Shown in pieces: positions 24,270 to 34,306 of a stretch of 34,306 nt of DNA. This DNA comes from Catajapyx aquilonaris (taxonomy: Eukaryota): assembly GCA_000934665.2 (NCBI GenBank), contig JYFJ02004150.1, positions 1 through 34,306 of the forward strand, in the 5' to 3' direction. A program made the translations under genes and the position numbers. The notes beneath the pieces were generated by a model. The model was not told where the DNA came from and ran no database searches. It saw nothing but the letters and a program-made list of their open reading frames with translations. Positions within the stretch are counted from its first letter, which is position 1, and each line of letters opens with the position of its first letter.

Positions 24270-27200
24270 ATGTGTGAAGAGAGCCTGTCGATGACCCCTC
24301 CGCTGTCCCCAACCAGCAGGGTGGTGGCCAGGAAGGAAGATTCGCAGGAGTTCCTATGGGAAGAGTTTGGAGTGTCGCCTGCATGCGTTCCGTTGCGTAA
24401 GTTGGACGATGGGAAGCGTGAACGGTGCTTGTAACGTTTGGCCGTTTCAGATGTGGATCCAACCTGCTTCGATTGCAAAGGGGAAGTTAGCCGACACAAC
24501 CCGGAGCTTCATCCTGCAGGATACGTGTTCTCCGGAGAGCTGGAGGACATCTTGTTCCCTTCGGCACAGTACGTCCCGTTTCCGTGGACAGGAAAGAATG
24601 TCGTTCTGTTCGGTGCGAATTTTGACGCTGGATCCGCCCTGCTGGTTCAGACCGACCTGCTGTTCTGTCTCGCACGGTATGACTTAACAGTACAGTAGCC
24701 AATAAGCCGTAATTAATGTCCGCATATAATTAGGAAGGAGGTAATGTCCCTGATTGCCGTAACGTGCAGCAGCCACATGCCAACAACACCAGTGGATGCC
24801 CGGAAGATGAGGATGGACGTTGCTGAGTTTCTTACATACATACGAAAGTTTCTGAACAGGTTAGCTGTTTCATGTCGCATGTGGGATGGTCGTAATCGCA
24901 TTTTATCCCCCTGCAGTAATGCCGTTGCGAACATGGACATGAGCAAAAGCGCACTTCGGAATGCGATGTATTCGCTCTGTGTCTTGATGGGAAGCGTGGA
25001 AGATATTCCTGGCCACACGCTCTCTCATATTCCATCTGCCGTTGGAAATAAGGTTTGCAGACACATGCTTGTTCAAAATGTAGAGACATCTCGACATATC
25101 TCGACCCACAGAGTTCCTCAGCCTGGTACCACTTGCTCCATCTCCGCCTGGACATCCAGTTGACCTACCTGGCCACCTTGCATGCACTGGATCGCTTCAA
25201 CCACACGCCCGATCAAGAGTCGCAGAGTCAGGATCCATTCTCGTGCGCACATCCCAACAATCCGCGGAAGGAATTCGTCGAGTCGGTGCAACAATGCATG
25301 TCTCAATTAATCTACCTCACCGCCATCAGGTACAACGGGGTGAGTTAATTACGCCTGTTGCGGTTTAAGAAGCGGATTGTGATTGTTATTGTTCCAGGCT
25401 GGTGGACCAATAAACGTTGCGAGGAGGATAAACATTGTGAAGAGCAGTCCATTTGCATGTACTTGCGTTCGGGAGTTTTGGGTTGCGCTCAGACTGATGC
25501 TGGATGACCAAGCGTCTACCGGACAGGTGAGTGCTATTGTAATATTGTCTTGGGAGCAGATTTTTAACCTGCGATTTTTTAGGACTTCTGGTCTGTACTG
25601 CAGCACATCCTGTCTCGATCTTCCAGCGTCGGAAACTCCAAGTGTGCATCCATTTCTACCCCTGCTATCCCCGTTGTTGCCAATCCCACCGAGTTCGATT
25701 GGTGGCTCATCCACCATTTGGCATGGAACTATGTGTTTGATTGCCGTGGGAGGTGGAACGTACAGAGAGCAAATTTTCATCCGAATTACCCGATGTTGAA
25801 CCAGCTGTTGCGTCGATTATTGAACGAAGACATGAGTGAAGCTGAAGCATGTACATACGTAAAAAGCATGTCGTCGCTCTCGGAAATATGGAGCTCAAAT
25901 TTGGACGCTATCCTAATCCTGTGGGACTACTTCTGCCCACGACTCAACAGTGCCTTTGCCGACCGACAGGATTCTGTGAGATCATTTGCGACGGTGCAAG
26001 CGTCTGGTAGCAGCTGGTTGAAACTAGTGCGGGATTATCTCGGCGGAACCGAACAGTCCAGCAGTTTTGGAGTGTTTGTTGGATTTTTAGGATGGCAGGT
26101 GAAGGGGCTGGCTCCCAGGGAATGGCGGCAAGTGAAGGGGCGAATCCTGGCAAACTTCCATCCCGGGAGAGTTCAATCACTTACTCAATACGGAGTGCAC
26201 AACCTGGCCACATTGCTTCTCGCTCTTGCGGACTCTGCGGATCTGCAGGACCTGGTAACGCTGCATCATGATGTGATCATACCTACATACGAATAATAAC
26301 CACTATTTCTTTCAGTCATCAAAATTTTTAGATCTACTATCGTACGTGCCAAAGTCAAGTGGTTACGAGGAGCTGGTTTGGAAAGCGCATGTCGCGACAA
26401 TCCTGCTTCATTCTGAAAAAGGGCAGGACCTGGGCTCCGTCGGTTCCCGCCTGGCTTCCCTTTTGGACAGAGCGGTCACCGAATTTGCGTCCGGTGCAAC
26501 CTCCTTTGAGCGGAGAAGAGAGCTGGGCAGTTTGGTTGGAGTCTACATGGAAATGCTGAAGGACCTGGCAACTGAAGGATCTAACCTGAACCTCTCGGAG
26601 TCGACTTTAATCGGTAAGCAGGATACGACCCAGTCGTTACCAGCGATTTAAATTGTTTCTGTTCGCAGTTCCTGCCATCGGCAAATATCTGACCGGATGC
26701 AAGTCAGGAGAGCTGACATTTGCCCTCGATTGTCTCCTTGCTGTTGTCCGCAGGTTAGCGGAGGTTGCAGGCGATGGAGGAACCGGTCAGTACCAACATT
26801 GAACTGACTGTTACGGAATAACCAAATTGTCGTATTTCTAGGACCATCCGACCACCAGCATCAGACAATGATCAGCTGCTGCCTGAGCCACCTCCTCCCG
26901 TCCGTTAAGTCTCTCTGCACGACATACTCCTCCGTGACGACCTCTGCCCATTCCCAGCTGGCCCAAATGGCCCACCTTTTATGCCTCCTGACCCTCCTTC
27001 ACTCGGGCCAGGAGAAGGGCCCGTCCTTGTGTGACCTCTTCCGACACTTTGCCGTTGGTGAGAATGTCCCAGCCGAGGTCAGCCTTCCTTTCCTGGCCCA
27101 CTGCCTCTCCAGACAGTCGTGCCATCCGGACAGCAGCGGCATGTTGCTGGCCACTCTATCCCTGCAAGACCCTTCCTATCAGTCGACGGTGGTTCAGTCG

Positions 27201-28797
27201 TGGATGCAGTGCATGCTTCTAATCCCTGACCTGCAGACAGGTCACGTCAGGAGGGTGTTGGAAGCAGTCGGGAACCTTCCAGATGTGATGCAGATTTGCG
27301 GAGGGAAGGGATTTAACTGCGGTAACGAAGAGGAATCTTTGCTGCAGTTTGTGAAGAACGTCGGGTGTGCGTACGAGCAATGCAGCGTGAGTTTGTGCAT
27401 TATTTTCAAACAATGGCAAGCTTCACATGACGTAATAATTGCAGGATTTCTCAACCAAAATGGCGCTGAAGCAATCGTTTCTTCAGTATGTGAGTTGCGC
27501 CAACAAATGTTTGGCTGTGGTCACAAAGAATTGGGGTCCGCAGGAGTTGGTCCAGCGAATGTTTAGCTTTTTCGGCTGCTTGTTGGAGCATTGTGGGCCT
27601 CTCATCTACGTGAAGGTGAGTTACATAGCATGCGAAGAGAGGGTTCGGCTGACATAGTGTGCATATCTTTTCAGACCAAATCAGATTGCCTTTTAGCCAC
27701 GATGATGAGTCAGTTGGTTCTGCCTCACGTTGTTTACAAGGCAGCCAAGGAGCCTTTGCATCCAAGCATACTCGATGCTGCAGCAAGTGTGCTCTCGCAG
27801 GTAAATAATGACTTATAAACCGTATCTGTCCCGAGAGAAATATTAACGGACTTGTTCTGGGATGGGGGAACATTACAGATTGTGTCCGGCTTGGCTAAGC
27901 TGCACTACCAGAAAGATGCGTACATTTCTCGCCAGCTCAAGGACACTGTGATTCAGTACCTGCCGCTCTTTCCTAGCAACAGGGAACATCCACTCCTGGT
28001 ACGACTCTATAAATTTTTAAATGCCAATCGGTGCATTCAATGCATTTTAATTACCAACAGGCATGCTTTGCGAACAGTGATTCGCAACTGAAGCAATTCC
28101 TGCTGGAAGCAGTCAAGGTGCACTATTTTACGAACCATTCTAGAACAAGTCCTGCTGCGCCAACGGTCAGGGTAAGTCAGTCATGTCGTATTGAGATACC
28201 AGCTGCTTACCAGGTATGTTTTCATTTTGCGAACAGGTCATGAGGTTCCTTTTGGAAGCACTGTTAGCAATGGATTCACTAGAAGCGAAAGAGGAAGTCG
28301 GCAAAGTCCTGTTTGCATGTCTATTGGAGTACCTCATGTTGACTGAAAACGCGGCATTTAAATCCGAAGCCACGAAGATACTAGAATTCACTCTGAGGTC
28401 CTTGCTCCGGCTAGAACTCAGGTCGGTATTTATTCTGCGGAGATATTTGCACGACTGACTTGTATTCATCAGAAGCACTGCATTTGTTATGTTGGCCAGG
28501 CAAATAATAGTGGACAAGGTGAGCACATTCACAAGGACGCATCTGGCATTCAACACGCTCAAGGCATTCCGAGTGCTCCAAGGGCTGGCGATGCTAAACC
28601 AGGAACTGATGGCGGAAGTATTTCCGACAGTTAAGGAAACCGTGAGCTCCGTGGAGAAGAGGAGAGGAGTCGCATCCGATAGAACTCTCAGGTCAGTCCG
28701 AAACAAGTCACTCGACATCCTAGCATTACACTTGTATTTTTTTTCCGACAGGGAAGGATTGGAGAAACTTCAAGTTATGCTCAAAATATCAGGATAA
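24270..28797 (+). CDS. MMS22L: MMS22-like DNA repair protein (MMS22L-TONSL complex); many short exons
   Basis: N-terminal MCEESLSMTPPLSP; PTCFDC; AWYHLLHLRLD; SPFACTCVREFW; ILILWDYFCPRLNSAF; WRQVKGRILANFH; PLIYVK; YQKDAYISRQLK; C-terminal VEKRRGVASDRTLR|EGLEKL. Confidence 0.9.
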
Positions 28798-28862
28798 TTT
28801 ATAACAATTCGCAGTAACATACTTGTTACGCTTTTACGAGTCAGTTTATGTGGCTTGTTTGG

Positions 28863-31437
28863 TCATGAGAAAGTTTCCTGCACAAAGACAAAGTTGGCTC
28901 CCTGCAGGTTGGCATGTCCGCAGTGTTGACGAATTTGGCGATTCAGTGATTTTGGCCCGCACGTGAAGACACCAACCTGCTGACTGCAATTGTAATAAAA
29001 AATTTTTTACTTGTTGTTTCCTCAAGAAAAATAAATTATATTTTCTACCTGTTATACACGTGCGTCCATTCCCAGAAGCTATCCTTCCAGTTCGGACGTC
29101 CTGTTTGTATTCGCGACGCCAACAACGGATGCTTCTCGCTTAGTATTTGCTGCAAAGAAGGATTAATTTATCAATCGGAGCACGTAATTGCATGGTTGTA
29201 CTCACATGAATGTCGTGACTAATTTGAGTGACATGCAGGTTCAACTCGATTGAATCTGGTTTGTTGTTTATCCAAAACTGCAAATAATTGCGATTATAAG
29301 TCAATTCAGCACTACATTACGACAGCTGGAATCATACCAAGTCGTGAAGTCGACAAAGTGTTGGAGCCAGCCAGAGGAAGTCCTGCGGAAACTTGACCGC
29401 CCACACCAAGTGGATTCTACGAGGACACTTGGGTGAGACCAGTTCTTGCTCACTGCGGAAGGTTTCGAATGTACTCATAAACATCTCTTATTCACAACAG
29501 CCGGTTTCTTACACCAAATGATGGAAGAAAGCAGCATACGGTGTGATGCCAATTCCGCCAGCAATGCAGATGCAAACTGGAAATTGACCCAGCTTTTCAA
29601 CCGGACTTGCAAACGGACCATCCACGGACAGCTGGACATCTGAGGACCCAAACAGCACCCTCTGAAGTTGGCCTGAAACGGAACCGCACTTACATGAATC
29701 ACTGCTGTAAGTCAAAACAATGAATGCTGCATGGTAATGAGATTTTAATTGTGCCACAATCGCTTTGATTGTAATTACATGTTAATATTAGTTTTTAAAA
29801 AAAAGCAACTCACATGACCAGTCTCCTTTGACTTTTATGTCGATTGAGAGCTGCTGCCTTTTATCGCTCGGACACTTTCGGGAGAGAAAAAAAAGAGCAT
29901 GAAAATGTATGCTCAATCAAAAAACTCTTCTGATACGTACCAGTACTTGAACTCACCCGACTGACTGTGAATGGATGCCACTCCAGCAGAGAAACTTTGG
30001 GGCAGTTCAGCAGTACGTACTGTAACGCAATACGTACGATAATTGGGTTTAACTTAGACAGTAAGTCGGTAGCGTACCTGTCCGATATTACATGTCATTC
30101 CAGGTTTTAGCAAGTCGAGGTGGATTATATTTCCTGGCTGCAAATTTCTCGTAATTATTTTGGCTTGAGGATGTCTTCTAATGGCTCGAATGATGGAATC
30201 AACACTGTAGATGACCAGGGGTGGAATTAGCCAAATCCAAGTCTGTAAAAAAAAAAAGAGCGTACAGAAGTTACATAGGTTTGAACCCAATAATTAGTGT
30301 CATTGACAGTTCGGTTATCTCGGCTACTTTAGCATAGCATTGCATCCAATTGTGTAAATGGTGCAATCGCTTTAATGCATACTCACATTAGACATCGTAC
30401 CTGGCTCTTCACGGAGTGAAACTCGGGATGACTTTTGCAGGTACGACTAGATGAACTGTCACTGTGTGATGATGAGAAATTGCATCCAGGGTTATGGCTG
30501 TCCAGGTTGCTCTGCTCTTTTAACACTCCTCTGCATAGCGAGAAATCATATTAGAATGTCAAAAATGTCGAATAGTTGTTCGCTACCAACCTGGATGGAT
30601 GCCAGATGAGGATAAGGAGGAAGAGGAATCCGAGTCTGTGCGTGTAGCTGAACAGATTGAAGTGCCTTCTTCGGACGCAAGCACTGGACGAAGCGGACAC
30701 CAACAACAGGATTAAACCCATAAGTAGTCCTGTCCATCCGGGAACTAGGAAAGTAAGCCGCAAATGAAGATTTGTTGAGATTTATGCAACACTGCTTAAC
30801 GAACCTGAGGTGAAAACCATTTCCAGAGGATCCTTAAAAAAAAAGAAAAAACATATCAGTAATTTTTGTGTTCATTGACGCACAAAAGAGCAGCTGACCT
30901 GTCCTTCGTGAGTGGCCACATTCAGATCCGGATGGTCGTGATCGTAGTGCAGTGAAAAGTTGTAGGCATTGGTCAAATGCGCTGCGGAGTGAATGGCTGA
31001 GGTGACCAGAACAGTTATGGTGACCACCAAGTGAGCCGTCTTGGTCCTGGACACGAAGCTGAGCGGCACCAACCGGATCAGCCCTCGGCAGACCGGCAGC
31101 AACAGAAGGGAGCAGTTGATGTTGAGGACAGACGCTGTTCCTCTGGACCAACAGAGGCCGCTCTATAATCGCATGAACAAATGAGGCAATAGGACGACGC
31201 CAGGGCTCAACCGAACTTACGCCCAAAATTCTGTGAAGGTAGAAATGGCGAGGGTTCATTTTGTAGTTGACGTAACTCCCCCAGAACACTCCCAGGTTGA
31301 TACCAATCCACAGGACCTGCAAAGATGACCAACGTCTAATTAGAGCATGTCCGTCCAGAATAATTTAAGAGTTGATCGTCTTTTAGAGACGCACACAGTT
31401 CGCCGTGTCTAATCTTATTTACGTTCACCACATTCAT
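28863..31437 (-). CDS. NOX4: NADPH oxidase 4-type enzyme (likely the arthropod NOX4-art clade); first coding exon uncertain, secure from 31316 downward
   Basis: [58 protein letters not shown] (FAD binding); [10 protein letters not shown] (NADPH binding); [13 protein letters not shown]; terminal ETFS*; no EF-hands seen. Confidence 0.9.
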
Positions 31438-31545
31438 ATCATGGAACATTGTTGAGAAAAAAAAAACAGGATGGCATAAGCCTTTAAACAATGATCTATT
31501 GTTGTCTTGAGGTGTCTATGACAAATTGTATAGTTGTTTAGAGTT

Positions 31546-31577
31546 GGGGTTGGGGGGTGGGGACTGGGGTGTAGGGG
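31546..31577 (+). promoter_or_regulatory. Potential G-quadruplex motif between the NOX4 and C11orf65-like 5' ends
   Basis: GGGG-TT-GGGGGG-T-GGGG-ACT-GGGG-TGTA-GGGG: five runs of at least 4 G with loops of 1-4 nt. Confidence 0.55.
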
Positions 31578-31595
31578 ATTAATTAAGCTAGGAAA

Positions 31596-33635
31596 ATGTC
31601 CGAAATGGTTTTAAATCCTGATAACGATAGTGTGATAATACTGCACAAGTCAAAGGTAAGTGCTGTCTCGTCGAGTCTTGCGCCAATTTCATGGTGCTTC
31701 TCCGTTTCCTGATATATCGACTGTGGATTTTAATTTATAGTCAACTGCTCATTTTTAACATTTCCATGGGGATGCCGTCACGCAGAAAAAGGAACAGTGA
31801 ATTATCCGATTGCTGCATGATGTTGTCTTTATGTTATGAGAGAGAAAATCCGCAGTGGATATCGGGTGAAGGAAAAGTACCAATATTATATTCCTCCCTA
31901 CAGTGGTTCAAGGAGCGATCCAATGAAGGGCACGAGAAGGTCAAGGCAGCTGGAGTCATCCAAAGAGTATGGCGAGGTCACCTGACCAGAATGCGTGTCG
32001 TGAAAATGCTGTTGAAGTGGGACGACCTCATCTATCCTCGTGTGGTGCATTTTAGCTCCCACAGGAAACAAGTGTGGAGGAACAGGAAACGTGTGCAAGG
32101 ACCGCCCACGGAAAGGTTCAAGCACACTTTGGATTGGAATTGCCAGATTATTTCTCTTAAGGTAATGCAGTCGTTCAATCAAACACCACTTTGTTCATCG
32201 CAAATATGATCCTTCCAATCCGCTTGTTTCAATAGATGAATGAGAGTCTGCACCCTGCTATGCTGTGCTTCCGCATCTACCTTCGCCTGGGCCAACTGAA
32301 TGCTCGTGTCCGTGGAAAGGCGTTTGAGTGGCCCCGGCCAGTCCGGTACATGATAGCGCAGTCGGCTGCTTTGACTATCCAGAAGTGGTGGCGATGCCAA
32401 GTGATGCGGAGAGTGTACTTGTACCTGAAGGACGGGATGGGTGTGTACTGTCGAGAAGACCCAGCCAGCATCCTGCGCTTAGTGAATCCCAGAGAGGCGT
32501 CCCTGTTGGATCAGGGCCATAAGGTCCACATGAGGTTTCGGATGGCCGGAATACAGTTCCCTCCCGATGTCGTGTACAAGATCTACACCCACATGCCCGT
32601 AGTTGACCTTGGGGCAATCAGCGAGAGTGTCTGCAACCCAGAAGCTGCCATACGCTTCCCGTCTCTGTACCGACGGAAAGCGACGGTAGGCATTTTTAAC
32701 GTGACTGGCCTCACCTACGAGCGAATAGACAACAATGGGTGGCGACTGTTCAGACACGCCTCGGAGATGCACCTGAAGGTTTCCAGGGATTTAGGTGATC
32801 CTGTCGCATGCACGTACGATTGCACTACGGCATGGAAGACGAAGCAGGGAGGCCGGCCATTTCCTGCCACACTCCAAATGAGAAGGAAGCAGAATGAAAG
32901 GATCCGGAAGCAGAAGAGGGTCACCTGGCTGGAGAAGATGACCAAGGAATGGTGGCAACTGAAGGAGACTGCCCAGGGTGGTAAGAGCGGCTATGGACAC
33001 ACGGAGGGACCTGATCGCCGCAAACAGCAGAAGAGGGATGATGATGATGTCGCAGGATATTCTGGGCTCGAAGCGCGTGAACCAGACGCCCTCACTGGTT
33101 ACGGCAGTATGATACCTCAAGATGTAGAAAAAATACCGGTGAGTTAAGGTGTGATTCATTACTTTTGTAGGGACTCTACTGAATATTCGTGTAGATGAAA
33201 AGACTGGTGGCTCTGACAGCACGAGGGATGGCCCAGGACATCCGTGAGAAGGGCCCGGAGTCAGTTGAGGACTGGGAGGTGTCGGAGCTCCTTGAGTGGG
33301 CGGAGACCCTTGACTTTGAGACCTACTGGCAGCACTGGGAAATGCTCTACACTTCTGTCTCAGATCCGCCGGAACCCGAGCCCCATTCCCAGCTGATGAT
33401 TACCTTGCCCGTATCACGCAGGTCACCCACTCCGACAGCCACTGGGGTCGCTGCAGCCATCACTCTGTGGAGTGCTCCAGCCCATGATGGTACCCCACCG
33501 AACACACCAGCCGATGAGGCGAAGATGAAGAAATCAGACAGTGTCGTCAGCTACAACAGTGAAAATGAAGTTGGGGAAGCCTACAACTGGGACTTCTTTG
33601 ACCTCATAGACGAACACACTTCGGAGAACTCTTAG
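31596..33635 (+). CDS. C11orf65: C11orf65/MFI-like IQ-motif protein; probable exons 31596-31655 (uncertain), 31904-32161, 32236-33138, 33195-33635
   Basis: AALTIQKWWR IQ motif; DPASILRLVNPREASLLD; RFRMAGIQFPPDVVYKIYTHMPVVDL; YERIDNNGWR; DWEVSELLEWAETLDFETYWQHW; phase-0 GT-AG junctions. Confidence 0.82.
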
Positions 33636-33913
33636 TTTGTTTACGTCAATTTTACTTAGCTTAATTACATTTTTTACCACTACTATGGCCTTCATCGCTT
33701 ATTCATTCGTCTCACAAGAGGGAAGGGAAGCCTTTCCAAATATGGGCCTGGATGCTCATTCCAGTGTTTAGATCTGGTCCGATAACCCTCCCACGTGTCT
33801 CCACTTAAGCGCCATCTTGATGAATATTTCTGGCTATAAATGCCCCCCCTCCCACTCAAATCTACTGGCCTCTTTTTTAAAAATATTGTTGAATGTGTCA
33901 GGTCCCACCCACG

Positions 33914-33960
33914 CCAGGCCGCCAGATTAAAAGTGACCAGGCCGCCAGATTAAAAGTGAC
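33914..33960. repeat. Tandem duplication of a 23-bp unit, possibly inside a decayed MITE
   Basis: CCAGGCCGCCAGATTAAAAGTGA occurs twice in tandem; TAGAGCCCTG near 34230 resembles a MITE end but no matching left end was found. Confidence 0.7.
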
Positions 33961-34306
33961 GTAAAGGGTCTCCCTTGGAAAATTGGGAGTTTTTGAAACC
34001 AGCCCTTTTTTTTGTGTGTGTGTGTTTTTTATGGCTCCACCCCCCAAAAAAACAGGTGTTGCAGGTATAATAAGTGTGGGATGAAAAAGTGTCGACCTTT
34101 GCCCTTTCACTCCAACATCAGAGGAAGAAACATTAGTCAAAAAAAAGAGGCGTTTCCTGCTCTTCCCTTTAAAAAAAAATCATTTTTTTTTTTCATCTGC
34201 TTTCATCTCTACTATCCGTTTATTTAATATAGAGCCCTGTGTTTGACTCTAAATAACTCCCAGGCAAATTATCCAAAAAAATCAAGTTTCATATCGTTCG
34301 AAAGCT

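Overview
Eukaryotic, most likely arthropod, genomic DNA with short (mostly 50-70 nt) GT-AG introns. Bases ~1-9.8 kb have no supportable host gene: they hold microsatellites, decayed transposon fragments, a TTAA-flanked MITE and a 1.64 kb palindromic (foldback) Tc1 derivative. Bases ~9.9-33.6 kb are gene-dense: a divergent ionotropic receptor (minus, reading frame broken once), a C19orf47-like SAM-like protein (+), TRAPPC10 (+), IRAK1BP1/SIMPL-like (-), MMS22L (+), a NOX4-type NADPH oxidase (-) and a C11orf65/MFI-like IQ protein (+). The most unusual signal is a cluster of inverted-repeat structures. Two independent foldback elements (one Tc1, one mariner) both have the 3' end of a dead transposase gene mirrored in place of the 5' end, and there is a perfect 48-bp-stem hairpin between the IR and C19orf47-like genes. 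Gene identities come from motif recognition by eye, not database searches. No wholly new biological system can be established from sequence alone.
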